Shown here: positions 25,347-33,352 of the stretch, in pieces
How positions within the stretch are numbered: position 1 is the stretch's first letter
How the letters are laid out: the number at the start of each line of letters is the position of its first letter
Origin: a virus
UHGV virus genome: UHGV-0134856
Direction: 5' to 3' (one strand)
Length of the DNA: 35,674 nt
The notes under the pieces: model-generated
Seen by the model: only the letters and a program-made list of their open reading frames with translations
What the model was told of the DNA's origin: nothing
Databases searched by the model: none
Translations under genes and position numbers: made by a program

Positions 25347-26024
25347 TTAAGCCCTCACGTTTTTCTCGGAATGAGCGTAAAAACGGGGATCGACACTTTT
25401 CAGTGTGAAGTGAGTTACGGGCATATCATCGTGGCGTTCTATGCCGACGTATTTTGACTGAACCATGCCCCAGATACGCTTATGCAACTGGTCAATAGTA
25501 ATATTGATGTCCGGGTGATATTTTTTTATCGCAGTGAGAATGCCCTGATATGACAGGGTTTTGCCCTTCATCAGCGCCACCAGCTTTTGTGCTGATAGTT
25601 CTCCGGCGTCTTTTTCAGGTGCAGATTTTGCTTTGCGTGCAATCGGAGTTATCGAATCCAACAGGAGGCGGCAACGGCCCGGAGCGCCGACGCGCTGCCC
25701 TGTAAGCTTGTCGAAATTCTCTTTGCTGCCGGCACTCCAGACGGTGGCGGTTTCGCGGATTCTTACCGTTTTTTCGCCTTTGGCAGTAATCATCGTTGCG
25801 GTGTGGGTCTTGAGCCAGCGGCCTGAAGTGTTAACGGCTTGCACTGGTGCTTTTTTGGGTTTCGCTACGCGATAAACAGGGTTTACCTGGATCGGGCGTG
25901 GTGCGGGAACGTAGCAGGCACGGTTTCGGGCGCGCGCACCAGCATTCATACGCCAGATAATCACAGGGCTCCAGTCACAACCATCGTCTGCGCCGGTGGT
26001 TTTTGCATACAGTAAATCGGTCAT
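25347..26024 (-). CDS. Hypothetical protein (225 aa) downstream of the helicase
   Basis: Strong GAGGAAAGACCA-ATG RBS; basic; no domain recognised by eye. Confidence 0.55.
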   Translation of the reverse strand: MTDLLYAKTTGADDGCDWSPVIIWRMNAGARARNRACYVPAPRPIQVNPVYRVAKPKKAPVQAVNTSGRWLKTHTATMITAKGEKTVRIRETATVWSAGSKENFDKLTGQRVGAPGRCRLLLDSITPIARKAKSAPEKDAGELSAQKLVALMKGKTLSYQGILTAIKKYHPDINITIDQLHKRIWGMVQSKYVGIERHDDMPVTHFTLKSVDPRFYAHSEKNVRA

Positions 26025-26065
26025 TGGTCTTTCCTCGTTGGTTAATTAGCGCTGGTCAGGCGCGG

Positions 26066-27454
26066 TTAAAACGCTTCGGTGTTGTATTTGTCGGAATACC
26101 GACGCTGTTGTTTTTTCGGTTTAGCTGCCTCCAGTTGGATCCGGGTTTTCTCTTTCCCGACGTGTTGATCAATTGGCAAGAAATGGCCGTTCTTGAATTC
26201 CTGGTAAATCACGGTGCCTGCTGCGGCGAAGCGGCACTTGCCGAGAATAACCTCAGCCACACCAGCTGCCGGGCTTTCCGGGTTATAAACTTCGTCGCGG
26301 TACAGAAACAGGATGCTGTCGGCGTCCTGCTCAATAGAACCCGAATCACGCAGGTCTGACATAACCGGGCGGCGTTGTGCGGCCGGACGCGAATCAACAG
26401 CGCGGGATAGCTGGCTCAGGGCGAACGTTGGTGTATGCAGGCGCATAGCCATCGTTTTGAGATTTCGCGAAATATGCGCGACGGCGAGATCGTTACGCTC
26501 TGCCTTTGGTTTTTTTATCAGGCCGAGGTAATCGACCATAATCATCGCTAAATGCGGGTGGCGGCGTTTGTGCGTTTCAGCAATCGCGCGGATTTGCTCT
26601 ACTGTCAAATCGGTAGCGTCAACAATCCAGATATCACGATCATTGAGTGTGGCCATCGCAGATGTCAGGCGCGCCCAGTCCTCGTCATACATGTCCTGAG
26701 GGTTACGCAGCCGTGATACAGAAAGGTTTCCGGCACCAGCCAGTGAGCGTTCAACAATCTGCGTAGCCGCCATTTCCATGCTAAAAATCAGCGCGCCGCC
26801 GCCTTTGGCCGTTACCCCTTCTACCACGGTGAGCGCGAACTCTGTTTTACCCATGCCCGGGCGGCCAGCAACGACGATAAGATCCTGTGGGTTAATTCCT
26901 CCAGTGGCGCTATCGAGATCCGAAATACCCGTCAACAAATTGCGGGTCGATTCATCACCATCCATGCGTTTTTGCACGGTATCCATGTAAACAGGCAAAA
27001 GCTCGTTGATATGTACCGGCTGAATGTCGCCAGTGTCAGCAGTCATATCCAGCAGCTGCGCGACGGCGTTCTCGACCACCTGATCGCGTTGCTCCTGGTT
27101 TGCTGCCTGCCGGATGCCGTCGGCCCCCTCCTGCAGCAGTTTCGCCAGCGCCCGGCTGCGCCAAGCTTTGACCATCTTCCCTGCATACCCTTTCAGGTTT
27201 GGTACCGTGGCGGGAATGCGGGAAATATCTGACAAATCGGCCAAGCTTGAGCCACCCAGAGCCTCGCTGATGAAAAGCATATCGATCATGCCGTTCGCCA
27301 GGGCTTGTTTTTTTATTTCGCTGAAAGCCCGGCGATGGAATCCGATGCTGAATGATTCCTCCGGCGTGCTGGCGATCACATCGAACGCATCCGGAGTGGC
27401 ACCGCCATTCAGCAGGCCAGCCAGCACACAGGCTTCGAGATCCTGAGGGCTCAC
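26066..27454 (-). CDS. Replicative DNA helicase, DnaB family (P22 gp12-like)
   Basis: Walker A GRPGMGKTEFAL, RecA-like C-terminal domain and DnaB N-terminal domain. Confidence 0.9.
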   Translation of the reverse strand: MSPQDLEACVLAGLLNGGATPDAFDVIASTPEESFSIGFHRRAFSEIKKQALANGMIDMLFISEALGGSSLADLSDISRIPATVPNLKGYAGKMVKAWRSRALAKLLQEGADGIRQAANQEQRDQVVENAVAQLLDMTADTGDIQPVHINELLPVYMDTVQKRMDGDESTRNLLTGISDLDSATGGINPQDLIVVAGRPGMGKTEFALTVVEGVTAKGGGALIFSMEMAATQIVERSLAGAGNLSVSRLRNPQDMYDEDWARLTSAMATLNDRDIWIVDATDLTVEQIRAIAETHKRRHPHLAMIMVDYLGLIKKPKAERNDLAVAHISRNLKTMAMRLHTPTFALSQLSRAVDSRPAAQRRPVMSDLRDSGSIEQDADSILFLYRDEVYNPESPAAGVAEVILGKCRFAAAGTVIYQEFKNGHFLPIDQHVGKEKTRIQLEAAKPKKQQRRYSDKYNTEAF

Positions 27455-28446
27455 AGTGCACCTTCCCTTGTCTTACGCAGTGTTTCCGGTTTCATCAGGT
27501 AATCAAAATTGGCGCGCCAGCCGTCGCGGTGTTCGCCGCCAAAGTAAAAATCTGGCGCGGTATTGCGGAATTTTTCCAGGTAACCCAGAAATGCACCTGT
27601 GGTTTTATTCATCATGTGAGCCGCAAGGCGCGTAATTTTCTGGCGACGATCAGCGTCAAGTGTCGCGGCAGGAAGTACGTCAGCGAAAATCTCGTTGTAG
27701 GCATCAACAACCGCTACCGGATCAATACTCGCCTCTGTGGTGGCCCAAGCCTCAGCGTCAGCGAGATAACCGTCGAACCGGTTCACCCGGCAGATATTTG
27801 CTGGCTTAGGTGCGCCAGAGCCACGGCGATGCCATGTAGCCAGAACCCAGCGGATAACCAACTGCAGTTCGGCCAGGGTGTACCCCTCACGCGTCAGGGT
27901 CGGCGTCAGCATGAGCACGAACGGTTTAACGTCACGGCAACGGGTACCGGTGCAGTCGTTATAAAACTCGAGCGCTTTTTTCGCGTCAGCGAGAATAATT
28001 TCCTCGCCCTCCCCCATTTGGGGGTTAGGGGGATCTTTAGGTTCATTGACTGGTTCAAAAGAGTGACTGGTTCTGGTGCCGCCACACGGCATAGGGGGTG
28101 TGCTTTCTGGCGGCACACCTGTGCTTTTTGACGGCATAGGGGCTATGCTTTTTGGCGGCATAGGGTTATCGAGTTTCATGTAATACAGATTCGACGCATT
28201 ACCCTTACCATTTTTGACTCCAGGGCGGTTTTCTTTCACCAGCAGACCCATAGAAATCAGCGCATCAATGTGATCACGTACAGCGCTCTTGCTGCACTCG
28301 CAGTGATCGGCAATGTGTTTGTACGACGGCCAGCATTCACCGCTGTCATTGGCATTATCAGCCAGCTTGATCAGCACCAGTTTGCGGATTGGGTTTCCGG
28401 TTTTAATTGCCATAGCACGGGCCATCAGGGTCATACTCATAATCAT
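27451..28446 (-). CDS. Replication initiator (lambda O-like: N-terminal winged-helix, Pro-rich linker, conserved phage C-terminal domain)
   Basis: N-terminal HTH (KHIADHCECSKSAVRDHIDALISMGLL), repetitive PMPPKSIAPMPSKSTGVPPESTPPMP linker encoded by iterons, 4-nt overlap with the downstream helicase. Confidence 0.8.
   Translation of the reverse strand: MIMSMTLMARAMAIKTGNPIRKLVLIKLADNANDSGECWPSYKHIADHCECSKSAVRDHIDALISMGLLVKENRPGVKNGKGNASNLYYMKLDNPMPPKSIAPMPSKSTGVPPESTPPMPCGGTRTSHSFEPVNEPKDPPNPQMGEGEEIILADAKKALEFYNDCTGTRCRDVKPFVLMLTPTLTREGYTLAELQLVIRWVLATWHRRGSGAPKPANICRVNRFDGYLADAEAWATTEASIDPVAVVDAYNEIFADVLPAATLDADRRQKITRLAAHMMNKTTGAFLGYLEKFRNTAPDFYFGGEHRDGWRANFDYLMKPETLRKTREGAL
28089..28170. 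repeat. Origin-type iterons (3-4 copies of about TGCTTTTTGGCGGCATAGGGG, period 21-25 bp) inside the initiator gene
   Basis: Direct repeats TGCTTTCTGGCGGCA / TGCTTTTTGACGGCATAGGGG / CTTTTTGGCGGCATAGGG plus a partial CGGCATAGGGGG. Confidence 0.65.
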
Positions 28447-28667
28447 ATCCCCAATGTTTCAGCAATTTGACGGCATGCCGCCTGATATTCCTCAGGTGAC
28501 AAATTCATTTCGCGGAGTTCTTCTTTCAGTTTTTCATACTGCGCCCAGATAGATAACGCAGCTGCGCGGCGACCTTCGAAAATATCTTCGATGTCTTCCA
28601 TGACGGCCGGCGCGCCATTCAAACGGAAGCCGTTCCGCCAGGTAATGCGGTCAATTGAATTCAGCAT
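28443..28667 (-). CDS. Hypothetical protein (74 aa)
   Basis: Between the CII-analogue and initiator genes; overlaps the initiator start by 4 nt. Confidence 0.45.
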   Translation of the reverse strand: MLNSIDRITWRNGFRLNGAPAVMEDIEDIFEGRRAAALSIWAQYEKLKEELREMNLSPEEYQAACRQIAETLGI

Positions 28668-28688
28668 GTTGGTCTTTCCTCGGTACAG

Positions 28689-29135
28689 TTAAACGCTGGT
28701 CAGGCGCTGTGTTTCCTGGATGGCTTGCAATGCCTGGGCTATCCTCTGCGGTCTATCCCTAGCATCCATCAGTAGCGCGATGATCGCCGCGGCAAACTCG
28801 CGTATCGCTACGCATATCAAATGCTGAGTAGTCATTCCCAGCTGCGCGTATCGTTCTGCGGGCAGCGCCGCTTCCATCGCCTTAGCCAGCGCTCTTGTTT
28901 TGGCTCTTGCCGCTTTAGTGTCGCCACGTAACCAGCGAAAAATTTGCTGGCGATTGTTGTTTATGGCCCGCCAGTCGGCGTTACCCATTGGGTCTTCCAT
29001 CTGGTGAAGCTTTACCGTGCTGGTGTTACCACCCATTCGGAACCACATGCGTGTGATTTCGATGGCAACATGTTCCTGCCCGCGCTCTACGGCCCAGTTG
29101 AAGATCTCCCGTTTCAGTTCATCGAGGTTTTCCAC
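28689..29135 (-). CDS. YdaT-family protein (functional CII analogue of Rac-like immunity regions)
   Basis: AVERGQEHVAIEIT...GG... and NNNRQQIFRWLRGDTKAARAKTRALAKAMEAALPAE parallel Rac YdaT (AAEKGQAWVANAIT...NNQQNIYHRWLKGETK..REKIQKLIPAILAILPRE). Confidence 0.6.
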   Translation of the reverse strand: MENLDELKREIFNWAVERGQEHVAIEITRMWFRMGGNTSTVKLHQMEDPMGNADWRAINNNRQQIFRWLRGDTKAARAKTRALAKAMEAALPAERYAQLGMTTQHLICVAIREFAAAIIALLMDARDRPQRIAQALQAIQETQRLTSV

Positions 29136-29200
29136 TTCCTTCGCGTCTCCTGTCGCTGCAAACCTGATTAGGCTTAATCAGATTTTTTGGTTGCTGGTTG

Positions 29201-29434
29201 TTAAGCTGCTGCCCTGTCTGGGATCCCGTCTTTCGGGTTTGGATATAAATCAGGACGCAGATCATGTGGTGTTACTTGGAATTCTGTTGCAGCAGCCCAT
29301 TTAAGTGCCGTGGCAGCCCCAAGTAGACACTCTCCGGAAGCAACACGGCTGACATACCCCTGGGTCCGCCCCACGAGTACGGCGAAAGCCTGTTGCCTTA
29401 CACCGGATGTCTTTAAGTAAGTTTTCAGCTTCAT
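29201..29434 (-). CDS. Cro-like HTH regulator (YdaS family)
   Basis: 77-aa HTH (QQAFAVLVGRTQGYVSRVASGE), C-terminal HDLRPDL as in YdaS, divergent from the repressor gene; GAGG RBS. Confidence 0.75.
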   Translation of the reverse strand: MKLKTYLKTSGVRQQAFAVLVGRTQGYVSRVASGECLLGAATALKWAAATEFQVTPHDLRPDLYPNPKDGIPDRAAA

Positions 29435-29464
29435 ACGTACATCCTCAGTTGTTGATTAAACTGA

Positions 29465-29493
29465 ATATTAATAACGTTAATATTTTTAGTCAA
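29465..29493 (-). promoter_or_regulatory. PR-like promoter with operator: -35 TTGACT (29493-29488), 17-bp spacer, -10 TAATAT (29470-29465); operator 19-mer ATATTAATAACGTTAATAT at 29465-29483
   Basis: Near-consensus sigma70 hexamers on the minus strand reading toward cro; the 19-mer recurs inverted at 30112-30130. Confidence 0.65.
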
Positions 29494-29540
29494 TATCACT
29501 GACCTTAGAACTTGATTAATTTTGCGAATAATATGCGCTC

Positions 29541-29996
29541 ATGAGAAAGAAAACCCTTGATGCAGTTGAAACTGACGCAGCTAAACGTCTCCGTGAGATA
29601 TGGAATGCAAAAAAAGTTACTTTGCGCCTTACTCAGGAAAAGGCGGCGGAGGCCCTTGGTTTCAGCACGCAGGCTTCGGTAAGCCATTACCTTAACGGTA
29701 CGACTCCTTTAAACACGGACGCCACCCTCAAATTTGCGTCTCTGTTAGGGGTTAAGCCTGAAGCTATTCGACCAGATCTGGCCGAAATGATGAACTATGT
29801 GCGTAAGTCAGGGGATTACGTCGAGGACAGGACTGGGCCAGGCTGGAAGCTTCTCAGCCCAGAGCATGTGGAACTAATAACACTGTATGACAGACTTCCG
29901 CAAAGCGAAAAAGAAAGGCATTTGTCTGATTTAAAAGAAAAAATACAAGATTTTGATAAGCTTTTCGAAGAGCTTTTAGCCGCCAGAAAACAATAA
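29541..29996 (+). CDS. CI-like repressor (HTH XRE family, no peptidase S24 domain; RacR-like size)
   Basis: HTH LTQEKAAEALGFSTQASVSHYLNG, 151 aa, divergent from cro; candidate PRM (-35 TTAGAA, -10 TAATAT) would give a leaderless mRNA. Confidence 0.8.
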   Translation: MRKKTLDAVETDAAKRLREIWNAKKVTLRLTQEKAAEALGFSTQASVSHYLNGTTPLNTDATLKFASLLGVKPEAIRPDLAEMMNYVRKSGDYVEDRTGPGWKLLSPEHVELITLYDRLPQSEKERHLSDLKEKIQDFDKLFEELLAARKQ

Positions 29997-30016
29997 CCCC
30001 TCCAGTAATCTGCACC

Positions 30017-30049
30017 AAAACCCGGCCACCGCGCCGGGATTTTTTTTAT
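30017..30049 (+). terminator. Rho-independent terminator after cI
   Basis: CCCGGC-caccgc-GCCGGG followed by ATTTTTTTTAT. Confidence 0.8.
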
Positions 30050-30085
30050 CCATGTTTATCAATGCCATACAAAAAATATTGCCAA

Positions 30086-30130
30086 AATTAATATATTAAT
30101 ATTGACCATTTATATTAACGTTATTAATAT
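30086..30130 (+). promoter_or_regulatory. PL-like promoter with operators: -35 TTGACC (30102-30107), 17-bp spacer, -10 TAATAT (30125-30130); operator 19-mer at 30112-30130 plus palindrome AATTAATATATTAATATT at 30086-30103
   Basis: The module TTGAC(C/T)-N17-TAATAT with embedded 19-mer is an inverted copy of the PR module. Confidence 0.65.
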
Positions 30131-30145
30131 CCAGAACATCAACGA

Positions 30146-30184
30146 CGCACTAACCACGCGGCAGTTGTTCAGAAAACGTTCTGA
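30146..30184 (+). promoter_or_regulatory. nut-like element in the PL leader: boxA-like GCACTAACCA, then boxB-like hairpin TCAGAA-AACG-TTCTGA (30169-30184)
   Basis: Position +10 to +47 relative to the predicted PL start; boxA resembles CGCTCTTAA-type; 6-bp stem with tetraloop. Confidence 0.35.
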
Positions 30185-30385
30185 CAGTCTGGAAAGACAG
30201 GCACCAAATTCGCGGGTCGCCGCCAGTACGATGACATGCGGGAAAGACCGCAACGAATCCAAAATTGCTGTGTGTAGTCTTTGCCTCGTCTCCATGAGGG
30301 GCACTTTTTTTCACGGCAATGAATACGAGGAAAGACCAACGGGCATGACCAGCCCTGACAGCCCGGAAAGACGGGCACCAGACGT

Positions 30386-30414
30386 AAAAAAACCCACCGA
30401 GGTGGGCTTCTTTA
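30386..30414 (+). terminator. Intrinsic terminator/attenuator-like hairpin in the PL leader
   Basis: A7 then CCCAC-CGAG-GTGGG then CTTCTTT. Confidence 0.4.
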
Positions 30415-30530
30415 CCCGGGACAGTGACCAAACCGCCCGGAGGTGGTACAGGGGACCAACCCTGTACCGAGGAAAGACCAACGACATGAGCCGCTGATCG
30501 GCTCGAATTATACATCAGTAAGGAGCCGCT

Positions 30531-30854
30531 ATGGAAGCGCTACCCCTGCAGGTAACACTGTACATCCACGTATCTACTAACCCCCACGTCCCTGCACTTT
30601 ACCTGGTTCATACCTGTGACATGTCACAGAACTATCCAGATCTTTACGTACTGCTGGAAACGCGCACTGTTTGCCTTGAGATAAACCAGCCGGAACCGAT
30701 CGACATTATTGGTAAACAGGTTGAACGCCTCCAGAAAGAAAAGGCGTCGATTGTCGATCAGGCTCACCAGCGTGTCGCTTTCATTGAAGACAAGATCCAA
30801 CAGCTGCTGTGCATTGACCATTCCACAATCCAGGAAAGTGATATTCCGTTCTGA
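30531..30854 (+). CDS. Hypothetical early protein (107 aa), coiled-coil C-terminus
   Basis: Excellent RBS TAAGGAG 7 nt upstream; first clear gene of the PL operon. Confidence 0.6.
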   Translation: MEALPLQVTLYIHVSTNPHVPALYLVHTCDMSQNYPDLYVLLETRTVCLEINQPEPIDIIGKQVERLQKEKASIVDQAHQRVAFIEDKIQQLLCIDHSTIQESDIPF

Positions 30855-30861
30855 GGTGTCC

Positions 30862-31107
30862 ATGCAAACTGAAAGGTTCATTGAGAAAGTGATGAGCGCT
30901 GGGTTATCAGTGCTTGAGCATGAAAATAATGGTGATTTCGGAAGTGGCGTTATGCATTTAACCATTGTCGGCGGGGTGAGACGCGTTGAGTTCTACCCTA
31001 CCACCGGCACTGTCTACGCCAATGCAGTTAAAGGGAAATACCCCGTTTTTAAGCAGAAAAAAGCCGGGATCAAAGTAGCTATCCGACTTGCAAAATCAGG
31101 CGCCTGA
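30862..31107 (+). CDS. Hypothetical early protein (81 aa)
   Basis: GAGGTG RBS before Met 30862; the ORF-track N-terminal extension overlaps the previous gene and is rejected. Confidence 0.5.
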   Translation: MQTERFIEKVMSAGLSVLEHENNGDFGSGVMHLTIVGGVRRVEFYPTTGTVYANAVKGKYPVFKQKKAGIKVAIRLAKSGA

Positions 31108-31138
31108 CCTGCGCCAGTAACCGAAGAGGAAAGACCAA

Positions 31139-33352
31139 GTGACAATCTCAATTTACAACTGCCTGTTTAAGCCGAAAAAATCGGCCATCAAAGATGGTGC
31201 CGTTGCGCTGGCGATCAGCGTGGAAGCACCAAACAAAAAAATCGCAGAAAGCATCGTGACGGGTAAGCTCTGGGAGCACTATCCGGCGAACGGCGATAAC
31301 TTCTTTAAACCTGAAATATGGGAAAACACAGCTGATCAGCCTCACCCGGAGATCGGCAAGTTTGACGAGCACTTTGCTAAATCCCACACGTTCGATGGCG
31401 AAAAGTGGTTGGTAAATGCCGCCGAAACAGATGCCAGCGCGAATCCTCTACCTGGCAGTAATGAAAAATTAGACTTTATGTCTATTTCACCGCGCGAACG
31501 CTTCGCAACAGTAGTGCTGTTTGGCCTCGCGCAGCTGGATGGTGAGCTTTATTCTCAGGTTTGTGATTATCTTGATAACCTCGAAAACACCAGCCAGTAC
31601 GATGAAGAGGAAGACGATCGTTTAAATCGTTACATCATTAATGCGATGGAAGCGCACCCACCTGTTCACCACATGCACCAGGAGGGGTTGAATAATCTCC
31701 TGCAGGCAATTTATGTGAAGTTTGAAAACCAGTTACCCGGCGGTGCCGCGCTTTACTCTTTTATTAAAAAATGGACAGACTATCCGGGAAAACGTGAAGA
31801 ATTGCTGCTTCAGAACAGCACCAGCACCAGCACCAGCACCAGCAAACAAGATAGCCCCACGGGCCAGATTGCACCACAGCGCGGTTATAAACACACCTAT
31901 GCCACGTTGGATCAGGAGATCGCTCTGGCGCTGCTGCCAATAGAACCGGCGACCACTGTATCTGTCAGCGCTTTGCGCCAGGCGGAGAGCCTCATTGAAG
32001 AAGGCCGGGAAGACTTTAAACGCTGGTCTATGGCGCTTCGCACTACTGAGCAGATCCTCAAATATTCCCGCAACACTATTTTTGGCGTGATTCAGAATGT
32101 GCCGGCGAAAGATACCCATCACTTCCCTGACTCATCGCGCCGTTACATCGACAGCTGGCTTGCCGAAAATGGTGTGCTTGAACAGGATCCCAATGATACG
32201 GAGGCAACCAGCAAATCACTGGCAGCCGGGCGTGGTGAATATGTCGAAGGTATAAGCGACCCCACCGATCCAAAGTGGGTAAAAACAGAGAATCAGACCA
32301 CACAGCCGATCGCCTCAAATGAGGTGGAAGAAACGGAAGTGGTTACTGATTCACAGGCTGAGGCCGCACGTGAAACGCTTAATAAAATGGGCTACAGCGT
32401 TTACGCCAGTGAATCAGGGCAGGAGCAAGACAGCAGCGATCAAGATAATGGCGCGAAGCAGCCAGAAGCCCAACAGGTGCAAGATGAGCCCCGCCCTAAC
32501 GTTAATGACGTTGAAAAGAGCCTCTCCGAACGCACCGGCACAGAACTGGAGAACCTTGATCTCTGGAAGCGCGTTTTCAAAACCGATGAGCGTTTTACCA
32601 AGCAGTTTAGTGTTAACGGTGGCGGCACGTCGATCAACGGCACATACATGACAATGCTGGCCACCCGTGAATTCGGCCCGAAAGGTATTGGCTGGGGCGT
32701 TGATATCCTTGAAGAGCGTTTTGATGATGGCGCACCAATAACCCGCACGGTAAAAGGCCCGGACGGGAATAATACATGGGAGCTTATCCCAAACGGTTAC
32801 GGCGGCTATCTCACAGAAAAACACCACGTCATTAAGATTCGCCTCTGGTATGTGCGTAACGGTGAACGTGGAGAGGAGATCTCTTTCGGCTGTACGCAAT
32901 ATATCTACGGGAGTAAACACGGCCCGATTTGCGATGGCGAAGCGACTAAAAAATCACTTACCGATGCGACCAAAAAGGCGCTCTCCTCCCTCGGTTTCAG
33001 CGCCGATATCTTTATGGGTCTCTACGATAACCCTGAGTATCGGCAGAAAAACAAAGAAGAATTTGCCCTTAAAAATGCCAGCGATAATGCAGAAGATGCT
33101 GCGCGTCTGCGTCAGGAGCTGGACGACAAACTTACGCGGGTGGCAAACACACTGGCAACCGGTGTTTCTGCCAATGAAGTTACGAAAGTATTCGCATCTA
33201 TCGCCCGTGAAGTGGAGGTGCACCGTAAAGATGCTGAGGCTAAAGGCGACAGCCAGCATGCTAATTACCTTAGTAAACGTCTGCGTCGCCTGACCACCAT
33301 CAAAGACGAACGTCTGAAAGAACTGAACAAGACCCAGGAGAAAACAGCATGA
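31139..33352 (+). CDS. ERF-family single-strand annealing protein with long N-terminal extension (737 aa; Erf-like core at about residues 480-640)
   Basis: C-terminal part parallels P22 Erf (FGPKGIGWGVDILEE vs FGKYKYRSCEDILEG; GEATKKSLTDATKKALSSLGFSADIF vs MDAAQVTGATSSYARKYCLNGLFGIDD). GTG start with GAGGAAAGACC RBS; acidic N-terminal 450 aa of unknown function. Confidence 0.65.
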   Translation: MTISIYNCLFKPKKSAIKDGAVALAISVEAPNKKIAESIVTGKLWEHYPANGDNFFKPEIWENTADQPHPEIGKFDEHFAKSHTFDGEKWLVNAAETDASANPLPGSNEKLDFMSISPRERFATVVLFGLAQLDGELYSQVCDYLDNLENTSQYDEEEDDRLNRYIINAMEAHPPVHHMHQEGLNNLLQAIYVKFENQLPGGAALYSFIKKWTDYPGKREELLLQNSTSTSTSTSKQDSPTGQIAPQRGYKHTYATLDQEIALALLPIEPATTVSVSALRQAESLIEEGREDFKRWSMALRTTEQILKYSRNTIFGVIQNVPAKDTHHFPDSSRRYIDSWLAENGVLEQDPNDTEATSKSLAAGRGEYVEGISDPTDPKWVKTENQTTQPIASNEVEETEVVTDSQAEAARETLNKMGYSVYASESGQEQDSSDQDNGAKQPEAQQVQDEPRPNVNDVEKSLSERTGTELENLDLWKRVFKTDERFTKQFSVNGGGTSINGTYMTMLATREFGPKGIGWGVDILEERFDDGAPITRTVKGPDGNNTWELIPNGYGGYLTEKHHVIKIRLWYVRNGERGEEISFGCTQYIYGSKHGPICDGEATKKSLTDATKKALSSLGFSADIFMGLYDNPEYRQKNKEEFALKNASDNAEDAARLRQELDDKLTRVANTLATGVSANEVTKVFASIAREVEVHRKDAEAKGDSQHANYLSKRLRRLTTIKDERLKELNKTQEKTA
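31817..31843 (+). repeat. Hexanucleotide microsatellite (AGCACC)x4.5 encoding STSTSTSTS within the ERF-fusion gene
   Basis: Perfect tandem repeat read directly. Confidence 0.9.

Noticed and set aside
28089-28170. Direct repeats considered as a possible CRISPR array or tandem-repeat artefact
   Set aside because: Units are about 21-25 bp without intervening unique spacers of CRISPR size, lie inside a replication initiator gene and encode its linker. This is a classical ori iteron arrangement.
30326-30488. GAGGAAAGACC repeats considered as iterons or a second origin
   Set aside because: The same string serves as the Shine-Dalgarno context of several bona fide genes (26027-26040, 31125, 34293). 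It is more likely a preferred RBS or RNA-level motif than a DNA-binding iteron; kept as part of the leader finding.
30102-30497. 131-aa plus-strand ORF spanning the PL operator and leader
   Set aside because: It would start inside the operator/-10 region, upstream of the predicted transcription start. It has no RBS and is riddled with repeated SD-like motifs and hairpins. It is treated as non-coding leader, though the 50-aa Arg-rich sub-ORF from 30345 is flagged in a finding.
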